This document shows, piece after piece, positions 49,387 to 57,696 of a stretch of 64,000 bases of DNA. Origin of the DNA: an uncultured Spirochaetota bacterium (GTDB lineage: Bacteria; Spirochaetota; Spirochaetia; SZUA-6; Fen-1364); NCBI GenBank assembly GCA_963820525.1, contig CAWGAA010000002.1, positions 492,568 to 556,567 on the forward strand, in the 5' to 3' direction. Under the pieces are notes generated by a model. It had not been told where the DNA came from. It saw nothing but the letters and a program-made list of their open reading frames with translations, and made no database searches. Positions within the stretch are counted from its first letter, which is position 1. Every line of letters begins with the position of its first letter. The position numbers were made by a program, and so were the translations under genes.

Positions 49387-50256
49387 TCATGCCGTCTTCC
49401 GCTCCTCGAGCTCCTCATATTCGGTCGGTGTGAGGTAGCCGAGGTACGAGTGAAGCCGCTTGCGATTATAGAAGATCTCCACGTATTCGAATATTGCTCT
49501 CCTGGCCTCCTCTCTGCTTCGGTAGATCTTGTCCCGAATCAACTCTGCTCTCAAGGTCTTGAAAAACGTCTCCGCGCACGCGTTGTCCCAACAGTCGCCC
49601 TTACGGCTCATGCTTTGAATGAATCCGTGCCCTTTGGCAAACTTTTCAAACTGACCGCTGGTATACTGCACACCGCGATCGGAATGAAACAACAGTCCCC
49701 GCGGCGGGCGGCGACGAATCGCGGCCATGACTACCGCCGTCAGCACCAGCTCGGCACTCAGCTCGCAGCTCAGCGACCAGCCCGCCACTCGACGTGAGTA
49801 CAGATCCAGTACGATGCATAAATACATCCACCCTTCGGCTGTCGCAACGTAGGTTATGTCGGACACCCACACGCGATTCGCCGCGGAGGCTTCGAAGTTC
49901 CTGTTCACTATGTTTTCGGCCACTTCCTGGCCGTCTTTCGAGTGCGTGGTCACTACAAACCGCCTCTTCGGCTGCGGCCCAAGGGCATTCTCTCTCATGA
50001 TTCGGGCAACTCGGTTCTTCCCCACATGCCGCCCACGCCTCAGCAGTTCTTCCCGCATGCGCGGGCTTCCGTAGCTGTGACGCACCTCGCCCTGGATCTT
50101 CCGGATCTGCTCGATCAGCTCCTTCTCCTCGAGTGCTCGTGCACTCTCTTTACCGTCGAGCCAGGCATAGTACCCACTGCGCGCTACTCCCAATACTTCC
50201 GCCATCTTCTCCACGCCGTGGGTTCCCCGCTGTTTACTCATGATCTGGTACTTCAT
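49387..50256 (-). CDS. IS3 transposase OrfB (DDE)
   Basis: YGSPR, WVSDITY, FHSDRGVQY, DNACAETFF. Confidence 0.95.
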   Translation of the reverse strand: MKYQIMSKQRGTHGVEKMAEVLGVARSGYYAWLDGKESARALEEKELIEQIRKIQGEVRHSYGSPRMREELLRRGRHVGKNRVARIMRENALGPQPKRRFVVTTHSKDGQEVAENIVNRNFEASAANRVWVSDITYVATAEGWMYLCIVLDLYSRRVAGWSLSCELSAELVLTAVVMAAIRRRPPRGLLFHSDRGVQYTSGQFEKFAKGHGFIQSMSRKGDCWDNACAETFFKTLRAELIRDKIYRSREEARRAIFEYVEIFYNRKRLHSYLGYLTPTEYEELEERKTA

Positions 50257-50543
50257 CTCGGGGGTCTGGAGAAGATGGCTGTTGCTTTTCTTAGGATGTC
50301 CCGTTCCTCACGCAACTCCTTGTTCTCTTTGCGCAAGGCGGCCAATTCCTCGTCACGGGACCTGCCGTTGCCTGGGAAAGCTCGTGTCCCGTCCTCACTG
50401 AATTGCTTCCTCCAGCGGTAGATCTGTCCGCTGCCGATTCCCAGATCCCGTTCAATCTCATGTCCCGGCTTTGTCCCTGACTCCAGGAGCCGGATGGCAT
50501 CGAGCTTGAACTCTTTGGTGTATTTCTTCCTCGTGTCTGCCAT
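50253..50543 (-). CDS. IS3 OrfA (HTH)
   Basis: KYTKEFKLDAI, YRWRKQ, EERDILRKA; ATGA overlap with orfB. Confidence 0.95.
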   Translation of the reverse strand: MADTRKKYTKEFKLDAIRLLESGTKPGHEIERDLGIGSGQIYRWRKQFSEDGTRAFPGNGRSRDEELAALRKENKELREERDILRKATAIFSRPPR

Positions 50544-50813
50544 TGCCTTTCCTTACCCCTCTAAAATACTGCTTAACCATGTGTCTATGAAATCGGGGTA
50601 GGTCCAATCTCTACCTTGGCAGCTGAAGATCAAGAGATATTAAAGACAAATAGTGACTTTTATGTCGTGTTCTCTCTGCTATCTTTGGCTACGGTCGCAT
50701 CCTCAGCATATGCGATGTCTACATGGAACGCAACCTTTCAATTCTTCGGCTTGCATTCTAGCCCTTTCTTCCACTAAACTCAACAATTATCAGAAAGCAA
50801 GGAGGAAACGTTT

Positions 50814-51803
50814 ATGTCTAAAGGCGTGATTGACAGACCTATTCTTGAAACCCCCATCGCGATCATCGACTTCGAGACAACGGGGCTTGCACCTGGGCCA
50901 GACCGCGTCGTGGAAGTCTCCGTGGTCCGTGCTGAACCTGGAAAGGAGCCTGTTCTTGTTCTCGATACGCTAATCAATCCTGATCGCCCTATGGCAGCCA
51001 CGGAAATCCATGGAATTACAGATCGTGATGTTGTTGACGCTCCCAGGTTTTTCGAGATAGGCGGCGACTTTATTAGGGCGATCTCTGGCTGTGTTGTTGC
51101 TTCCTATAATGTCTATTTCGATATTGGCTTTCTTACCTATGAGCTTCGTAAAATTAGAGTTGCTTGCGTGCCGCCCCATGTTTGTCTTATGTATTTAAGG
51201 CCACTACTTGAAATGGGAAAACGCTGCTCCCTATTTACAGCTTGCTGTGAGTCAGGGATCCCGCTTCCTCATGCTCACCAATCCGCCGCTGACGCATTCG
51301 CGTCAGCACAACTTTGGAAAATATATCTGAGTGCCATGGAAGAGCATGGGATGCAGAAGTTCAAGGATCTTTCCCAAAAAAAACAATACAAATTTCTTAA
51401 TAGTCTTGAAGCGGATCCGCTATCACCGCCAACCGAAGCTGAAATGCCCCATCTGGCCAACGTAAAATCACGTTCTGTGAAGATGCAACAAGAGTATCAT
51501 AGAGGCGGAGCTCAGCCGCCCACACAAACAGTTGACAGGCATGATGTTATCCACCGTTACTGGAGTGAGCTCACCACAGTCCTCTCAGATTTAGAACTTA
51601 CTCGTGATGAAGCCAATGGACTCGCCAAGCTGAGGAATCAACTGAAGTTGACACAAGAAGAAATCAAAGGAATGCATGCTCGCGTTTTTGCGGATCTTCT
51701 ACTTCTTACGATCGAAGACAGAATCATAAGCGCTGACGAACAAAACCAGATTCAGCGCCTCTATAGGTGCCTCGCGAAGCTCGGATGGGCACCGGGACAG
51801 TAA
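50814..51803 (+). CDS. DEDDh 3'-5' exonuclease with C-terminal TerB-like helical repeats
   Basis: IDFETTG, YNVYFD, HQSAADA; tail repeats SDLELTRDE / EDRIISADE; RBS AGGAGG. Confidence 0.85.
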   Translation: MSKGVIDRPILETPIAIIDFETTGLAPGPDRVVEVSVVRAEPGKEPVLVLDTLINPDRPMAATEIHGITDRDVVDAPRFFEIGGDFIRAISGCVVASYNVYFDIGFLTYELRKIRVACVPPHVCLMYLRPLLEMGKRCSLFTACCESGIPLPHAHQSAADAFASAQLWKIYLSAMEEHGMQKFKDLSQKKQYKFLNSLEADPLSPPTEAEMPHLANVKSRSVKMQQEYHRGGAQPPTQTVDRHDVIHRYWSELTTVLSDLELTRDEANGLAKLRNQLKLTQEEIKGMHARVFADLLLLTIEDRIISADEQNQIQRLYRCLAKLGWAPGQ

Positions 51804-51945
51804 AAGCCATAGTTATCTCCGTACGTGCATCCCAGTCGTCAAAGTAGGCTTGAGAGATTCACTGTCGATCGATTGACCCTATCGTTGCACTAAATCTGGC
51901 GTTTATGTGATGCGGAGGAGCGACTTTATATTATAAAGAATTGTA

Positions 51946-52031
51946 TGCCGGAGACGGGACTTGAACCCGTACAGCCCTTGCGGGCCGGGGGATTTTAAGT
52001 CCCCTGTGTCTCCCAATTCCACCACTCCGGC
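51946..52031 (-). tRNA. tRNA-Leu (anticodon TAA), 86 nt, CCA not encoded
   Basis: Acceptor stem GCCGGAG/CTCCGGC, D-loop GG, anticodon arm GGGGA-CTTAAAA-TCCCC, long variable arm, GGTTCAAGTCC. Confidence 0.96.
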
Positions 52032-52120
52032 GCATGGACGTGCAAGGGCGGCCGAGACAAGGATGTCGGAAGGCCGCCCCGACGCATGGACGTGCGCGTG
52101 CGCTGCAAGCCAAGGATGGC
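52031..52120 (+). repeat. Cluster of four short hairpins with ANGGAN loops
   Basis: CGC-ATGGAC-GTG (52031 and 52083), GAC-AAGGAT-GTC (52056), GCC-AAGGAT-GGC (52109); outer stem GGGCGGCC/GGCCGCCC. Confidence 0.6.
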
Positions 52121-52346
52121 GGTCTGCGGTGGCCCGGCGCATTCAACTGATTGCAGTAAAGAGAGTTAGCCGCCCGCCAATTCCTCCAACGTCATGTAGT
52201 CTTCCATCGGTTCATCAATGTGTCAAGCTTCCTATTGCAGAATCTTGTGATCAAGGATTCATGCCCCACAGAAAGTCTTACCCTATATGTGATTATAGTA
52301 TATACCCAATGTAGCTACATGATACGGGGGCAACGGGAGGAATGCG

Positions 52347-53165
52347 ATGGCAATAAAGGGTGAATGGATTCGCTACGAGGATCAGACAGGCTACTTTGCG
52401 GTGCCCGACCGCGCGGCGGAGCCGCTGCCCGCTGTCGTGGTCATCCAGGAAGTCATGGGGGTGAACGAGCATATCGAGGACGTGACCCGCCGCATCGCGG
52501 CGGCCGGCTATGCGGCCCTTGCTCCGGATCTTTTCGCGGTCGGGGGGGCGCGACCGGCGCCTCTCACGCGGGAGCGGATCGCGGAGAGCATGGCTTTCGG
52601 CGCCAGGCTCCCTCCTGGCGCGGCGTTTGACCCGGCCAGGAGGCAGGAGGCGCTTGCGAAGCTTCCCGAGGCGGAGCGGATTCGAATAAGCGAGACGTAC
52701 CAGCAGATGTTCGGGTCTGCCGCGCCGGGGCGGATGGAAACCCTGGTGGCCCCTTTGAAAACCGCCGTTCGCCACCTGCTCACGCGGCAAAAAGAAACAC
52801 GCGGGCAGAGGGTCGGCTGCGTGGGCTTCTGCATGGGAGGCGGGCTTTCAGCTCTCCTGGCCTGTGAAGAAGAGGATCTCTCCTGCGCCGCCGTCTATTA
52901 CGGAAACACGCCTGCCCCCGAGAAGATCGCAAAGGTCCATTGCCCGGTCATCGCCTTCTACGGCGCCGCTGACCAGCGGGTCAACGCGGGCATTCCCACT
53001 TTCCAGGAAGGGATGAAAAAGGCAGGCAAACCTTGCGAGCATCACATCTATGAAGGAGCCGGCCACGCGTTTTTCAATGACTCTGCGCCTTCGTATAACG
53101 TGAAGGCGGCCAGGGATTCCTTTTCGAGACTGCTTGCCTTCCTCCTGAAGAACCTCAGCGGGTAG
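52347..53165 (+). CDS. Dienelactone hydrolase family protein
   Basis: VIQEVMG, GFCMGG nucleophile, GAGHAF. Confidence 0.92.
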   Translation: MAIKGEWIRYEDQTGYFAVPDRAAEPLPAVVVIQEVMGVNEHIEDVTRRIAAAGYAALAPDLFAVGGARPAPLTRERIAESMAFGARLPPGAAFDPARRQEALAKLPEAERIRISETYQQMFGSAAPGRMETLVAPLKTAVRHLLTRQKETRGQRVGCVGFCMGGGLSALLACEEEDLSCAAVYYGNTPAPEKIAKVHCPVIAFYGAADQRVNAGIPTFQEGMKKAGKPCEHHIYEGAGHAFFNDSAPSYNVKAARDSFSRLLAFLLKNLSG

Positions 53166-53173
53166 GCGGGGAG

Positions 53174-54325
53174 GTGAGTCTCCATCGCGAATGCCTTGTG
53201 ATGGCAAAGCCCGCGGGCCCCCTCTGCAACATGCGCTGCCGCTACTGCTATTACCTGGGCAAGGAGTCCCTGTTCCCCCGCGGATTGGGCCGGATGGATG
53301 ACGACCTTCTGGAGAGGTACATCAGCCAGCGGCTGCAAACCTCGCCCGGGCCCGTCACTCATTTCGAGTGGCACGGCGGGGAACCGACCCTCCTCGGGCT
53401 CGAGTATTTCGGGAAGATTGTCAATATCCAGAAAAAATGCCTCCCGCCGGGACGAACCGTAACGAATGGGCTTCAGACCAACGGCCTGCTCTTGGATGAA
53501 CAGTGGGCCGGCTTTCTTGCCCGTGAGGAATTCTCCGTAGGCTTGAGCCTGGATGGCCCCGCCGGGCTTCATGACGTGTACAGACGGACCGCGGAAGGAG
53601 CGCCCACCCACGACCGCGTTGTGACAGCCTTCAGATTGCTCAAAGTGCGCAAAGTCTTTTGTAACGTGCTCTGCGTTCTGCATGCCAAAAACGCATCGAA
53701 ACCGGATGAGCTCTACGACTTTTTCAAGAGCATCGGTGTGACGCATTTGCAGTTCCTTCCTGTCGTCTCTCCCATGGCACGAGGCGGCGTGAGCCCCGTG
53801 ACAGCCTCACCTGAGGTGATCGGGGCGTTCCTCTGCAGGATCTTTGATCGATGGATACAGCGGGATGTGGGACGGATCGTGATTCAGAGCTTTGACGAAG
53901 CTCTGCGCCCAATCTACGGCGTTCCGCACGCCCTCTGCGTCCACAGGGAAACGTGCGGAGATGTCGCCGTATTGGAGCACGATGGAGGATTCTATGCCTG
54001 CGATCATTTTGTCGATTCCCGGCACTTCATCGGGAACCTGCGGGAACGAAGCCTGGCCGAATTGGCCTCCGATCCACGGATGATCCAATTCGGCAAAGCC
54101 AAAAAAGACTCGCTTCCCCGGGTCTGCCTCGGATGTGACGTCCTCTCTTCGTGCAACGGAGGCTGTCCCAAGGACAGGGTGATGATGTCCCCTGACGGTG
54201 AGGCCGGGCTGAACTACCTCTGCCCTGCATACCAGAGGTTCTTCCGCCACAGCAAACCGATCCTCACTCGCCTGGCGGCCCACATGAAGGCGGGACTGCC
54301 CCTGAGGGAATTTTCCACCCCGTAA
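53174..54325 (+). CDS. Anaerobic sulfatase maturase-type radical SAM/SPASM enzyme
   Basis: CNMRCRYC, WHGGEP, QTNG, SLDG, YACDH, CLGC...CNGGCP. Confidence 0.9.
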   Translation: MSLHRECLVMAKPAGPLCNMRCRYCYYLGKESLFPRGLGRMDDDLLERYISQRLQTSPGPVTHFEWHGGEPTLLGLEYFGKIVNIQKKCLPPGRTVTNGLQTNGLLLDEQWAGFLAREEFSVGLSLDGPAGLHDVYRRTAEGAPTHDRVVTAFRLLKVRKVFCNVLCVLHAKNASKPDELYDFFKSIGVTHLQFLPVVSPMARGGVSPVTASPEVIGAFLCRIFDRWIQRDVGRIVIQSFDEALRPIYGVPHALCVHRETCGDVAVLEHDGGFYACDHFVDSRHFIGNLRERSLAELASDPRMIQFGKAKKDSLPRVCLGCDVLSSCNGGCPKDRVMMSPDGEAGLNYLCPAYQRFFRHSKPILTRLAAHMKAGLPLREFSTP

Positions 54326-54489
54326 GGACTGATATTTCGGAGCGTCGGCTCCGTGAACTGGGTCATTATAGTTCCTCTCGGCGGGCTGGCAAGCGGTGGC
54401 GGGACGGCCGAGAATGGGTACAGGCTGGGCGGCGAGGCGCCCAGTCAAGGCTATATCGTTAATCGCCGAACATAAACGTAGGCTTTTCC

Positions 54490-55326
54490 ATGGACAGCCG
54501 TATCATAAGAATAGTGCTCATCGTCTTTCTCACGCTCCCTGCGGCGGGCCTCTCCGCCGAAACCTCGACCTATACCATTCAGGAGGGTGAAACCCTCTTC
54601 GGCATCGCGAAAAAGATCCAGGTGCCTGTCGAGGTCCTGTGCGCCTACAATGCGATTGGAGATCCGAGCCGCGTCAAGGCCGGCGCCGTCGTGCGCCTTC
54701 CCCGGGCCTACAGCGTAAGGAAGGGCGATACACTGTTTTCCATCGCGCGCTCTTTTTCCGTGCCGCTCGACGAGCTTTTGGCCCTCAACAAGATGCGCGA
54801 GTCCTCGCGCATCAAGCCGGGGACCAAGCTGTTCATTCCCGGTCCCAACAGGCAGGCGGCCGCGGCTTCCGAGCAGGTCAAGGGAGGGGAGGATCCCGGG
54901 CAGACGCGGGCTTCGTCACGTGCCGCCGCTCAGGATGGCGCGCCTGCCGTCGCGGACGATGCGAACGAGCGCATTGTCTGGCCTCACCCCGGCAAGCGGG
55001 AGCCGTTCTCCGGGAAGATCTCCGGGCTGGTATTCCATGGAAACAGGGGGGACAGGGTCGTCTCCGCGAGCGGCGGAGAGGTGAAATGGGTGGGACCATA
55101 CTGGGGGTGGGGCAAGACGATCATCGTCAGGGACGACGGGGGCCTGCTCTTCATCTACGCGGGAAACGAAGACCTGATGGTGAACGTCGGAGACCGCGTG
55201 AAGCCCGGAACCGAGATCGCCAGGCTCGGCGCGAGCCCCCAGGACGGCGCGGCGCGGCTGTATTTCAGCATCCAGCAGAAAAACGGACAGGCCTTGAACC
55301 CGGAGAAGTACGTCTCCAGGGGCTAA
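54490..55326 (+). CDS. Exported 2x LysM + degenerate M23 protein (NlpD-like)
   Basis: YTIQEGETLFGIA, YSVRKGDTLFSIA; M23 region lacks the HxxxD and HxH ligands. Confidence 0.85.
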   Translation: MDSRIIRIVLIVFLTLPAAGLSAETSTYTIQEGETLFGIAKKIQVPVEVLCAYNAIGDPSRVKAGAVVRLPRAYSVRKGDTLFSIARSFSVPLDELLALNKMRESSRIKPGTKLFIPGPNRQAAAASEQVKGGEDPGQTRASSRAAAQDGAPAVADDANERIVWPHPGKREPFSGKISGLVFHGNRGDRVVSASGGEVKWVGPYWGWGKTIIVRDDGGLLFIYAGNEDLMVNVGDRVKPGTEIARLGASPQDGAARLYFSIQQKNGQALNPEKYVSRG

Positions 55327-55345
55327 GATAGGGGTGAGGGTAGAT

Positions 55346-56338
55346 ATGGGAAGGAACCTGTACAAGGGGGAAGCGGGAGCCTTGGTCGACGTGTTCGAGA
55401 GGCAGGAATCTCCCGAAGAGAAGGATCTCCTTGCGATGTACATCAAGCAGATCGCGCGATACCCGCTGCTCACCGCTGCCGACGAGCAGGAGATCGGGGA
55501 GGGGATCCAACGGACCCGGGAAGGGCTCTCCAAGCTGGACAGGGAGGGCACGGCCGGAAAGATCCAGCGCCGGGCGTTCCTGGGCAAGAAGACCGCCGCC
55601 GAAAGGTCCCTGACCCTATTGAAAAACAGGCTCATCATGGGAAACCTGAGACTGGTGGTTTCAGTTGCCAAGAAGTACCAGCACCGCGGGGTATCGCTTC
55701 TGGACCTGATCGATGAGGGGAATATCGGTCTTATCGAGGCCGTGGAGCGCTTCGATTACAGGAGGGGATGCCGGTTTTCAACCTATGGCACCTGGTGGAT
55801 CAAGCAGGCCGTGATCAAGGCGCTGGCCGAGAATGGAAAGGCGATCAAGATCCCCATTCACCTCCTCAACACGATCAAGAAGTGCTTTTCCATTGCCCGC
55901 CAGCTTACCCAGGAGCTGGGGCGGGAGCCCAGCAAGGCGGAGATAGCCAAATACCTCCGCGTCCCCACGTCCAAGGTGGAGGAGCTGATCAACCTCTCCA
56001 GCGAGCCGACTTCCCTTGATATGACTGTGGCGGGGGAGAACCCCACCAAGCTTTCGGACCTCATCAAGGATGAGAACACTGAAGAGCCGTTCGAATCCGC
56101 GTTCGCCATCGCGCTCCAGGATACCCTCTGCATGGTGCTGGACAAGCTCAATGAGCGCGAAATGCGGATCATAAAGCTTCGATTCGGGCTGGATGGGGAA
56201 GGTCCCTTCACTCTCGAGGAGACGGGGAGAATCCTGGGGATCACCCGCGAGCGGGTTCGGCAGATCCAGGAACGGGCCATCTTCAAGCTGAAGCAGCTTC
56301 ACCTTTCCCGCGAGCTGAAAGACTTCATGCAGGTATGA
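55346..56338 (+). CDS. Sigma-70 family factor without region 1.1 (RpoS/group 2-like)
   Basis: NLRLVVSVAKKY, DLIDEGNIGL, RFSTYGTWWIKQ, TRERVRQI. Confidence 0.9.
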   Translation: MGRNLYKGEAGALVDVFERQESPEEKDLLAMYIKQIARYPLLTAADEQEIGEGIQRTREGLSKLDREGTAGKIQRRAFLGKKTAAERSLTLLKNRLIMGNLRLVVSVAKKYQHRGVSLLDLIDEGNIGLIEAVERFDYRRGCRFSTYGTWWIKQAVIKALAENGKAIKIPIHLLNTIKKCFSIARQLTQELGREPSKAEIAKYLRVPTSKVEELINLSSEPTSLDMTVAGENPTKLSDLIKDENTEEPFESAFAIALQDTLCMVLDKLNEREMRIIKLRFGLDGEGPFTLEETGRILGITRERVRQIQERAIFKLKQLHLSRELKDFMQV

Positions 56339-56382
56339 AGTGATGACTGACCGCCGTCATGCCGATACTCTAGGCGGAAAGC

Positions 56383-56411
56383 TTGACATGCGGCTATGCC
56401 GAATTTACAAT
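56383..56411 (+). promoter_or_regulatory. sigma70 promoter for the amidohydrolase-cNMP operon
   Basis: TTGACA-17 bp-TACAAT. Confidence 0.8.
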
Positions 56412-56437
56412 AGGCTTGCATCTCAGAAGGAAAATGC

Positions 56438-57673
56438 ATGCTCAACTCCTATGTGATGAGCGGTCTTACTATCGTCACCCCCGATACCGTCATTCCAGCT
56501 GGAAGCGTCCAGGTGGATCAGAGGAAGCTCGGTCGTCTCGGTGGCAAGAGCAAGCACGACATACGCTTCTCCTCGGGATATGCCGCGTTTCCCGCCCTCA
56601 TCAACCTCCATGACCACTTCAACGGCAACTATTTGCCGAAGGTCGGTCCCCAGCCGGGGGAGTATTACCTGAACTGGGCCTATTGGGACAAGGATTTCAA
56701 GAACTCCCACGTGATCAGGAACGAGCGGTCGAAGATCAGTGTCGACGATCGCTACTTCCTGAGCGCCTACAAGAACCTCTTCGCGGGAGTCGTGACGGCG
56801 AACGATCACTTCCCCCACGAGTTGAACGAGCCTTTCATCCCGCGCATGCCCATGCGCGCCATCCGCAACTACTGCCTGTCTCACGCCTGCTCCTCCTTCG
56901 ACCTGAAATGGGGAGACGGGTTCGAGATCGAGCACCAGAGGGCGAAGGAAAGCGATTTCCCCTTCATCACCCACCTGGAGGAGGGCTTCGACCCGGAGAC
57001 GATGAGGGGAGTCGAGACCCTGGATGAGAAGGGATGCCTCGACGAGTACGACATTCTCATACACTGTGTCGCTTTCTCCGACGAGGATATCGAGAAGGTG
57101 AAGAGGGCGGGGGCCACGGTGGGCTGGTGCCCCAACTCCAACGTCTTCATGTACAACCTCACCTGCAAGATCAAGAAGATCCTCGCGGCGGGCATCAATG
57201 TGGGGCTGGGCACCGACTCGACGGCAACCGGCTCCGTCAACCTCCTGGAGGAGATGCGCTTCGCCCGGGAGATCTATCGCGCGATGTACGCGGAAGAGCT
57301 TTCAGCGCGGACGCTTGTGGACATGGTGACGGTGAACCCCGCGCGGGCGTTCCGCATGCAGAAGGAGATCGGAAGCCTGTCCGAGGGGAAGCTGGCCGAC
57401 GTGCTGATCATCCGCCAGACCAGGGACGATCCCTACGAGTCGCTGGTGGAGCTCAGATTCGAGGACATCGAGCTTCTCATTCAGGAGGGCACGCCCATCT
57501 TCGGCGCCAAGACCCATGAGGAGCTTTTCGTATCCCGTGAAGCGCAGTGTAAGGCCGTGAAGGTCAAGGGGAGGGACATGCTGGTGAAGGGCGATCCCGC
57601 CGCTCTCATGGAGAGGGTGCGCGCGGCGGTCGGTTTCCGCAAGTTTCTTGATTTCATTCCCCTCGATACATAG
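56438..57673 (+). CDS. Amidohydrolase-superfamily (deaminase-type) enzyme
   Basis: INLHDH, THLEEG, LIHC, WCPNSN, LGTDS. Confidence 0.88.
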   Translation: MLNSYVMSGLTIVTPDTVIPAGSVQVDQRKLGRLGGKSKHDIRFSSGYAAFPALINLHDHFNGNYLPKVGPQPGEYYLNWAYWDKDFKNSHVIRNERSKISVDDRYFLSAYKNLFAGVVTANDHFPHELNEPFIPRMPMRAIRNYCLSHACSSFDLKWGDGFEIEHQRAKESDFPFITHLEEGFDPETMRGVETLDEKGCLDEYDILIHCVAFSDEDIEKVKRAGATVGWCPNSNVFMYNLTCKIKKILAAGINVGLGTDSTATGSVNLLEEMRFAREIYRAMYAEELSARTLVDMVTVNPARAFRMQKEIGSLSEGKLADVLIIRQTRDDPYESLVELRFEDIELLIQEGTPIFGAKTHEELFVSREAQCKAVKVKGRDMLVKGDPAALMERVRAAVGFRKFLDFIPLDT

Positions 57674-57696
57674 CTTGTTTCAGGAGCGAAGCGAAA

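Larger units (their letters stand above)
49242..50606 (-). mobile_element. Complete IS3-family element with 3-bp target duplication ATC
   Basis: Imperfect IRs TGGAGTTCCCCCGATTTCGTGGACAC / TGGACCTACCCCGATTTCATAGACAC, TG...CA ends, ATC on both sides. Confidence 0.93.
43311..52002. mobile_element. Genomic island integrated at tRNA-Leu(TAA), no integrase visible
   Basis: Flanking 57-bp direct repeats; abrupt drop in GC and change in codon usage; defence-like cargo. Confidence 0.9.

Noticed and set aside
50777-50786. AACTCAACA as the displaced right arm of attC site 3
   Set aside because: The match is short, is not followed by a GTT R' box, and is too far away even after removing the IS3.
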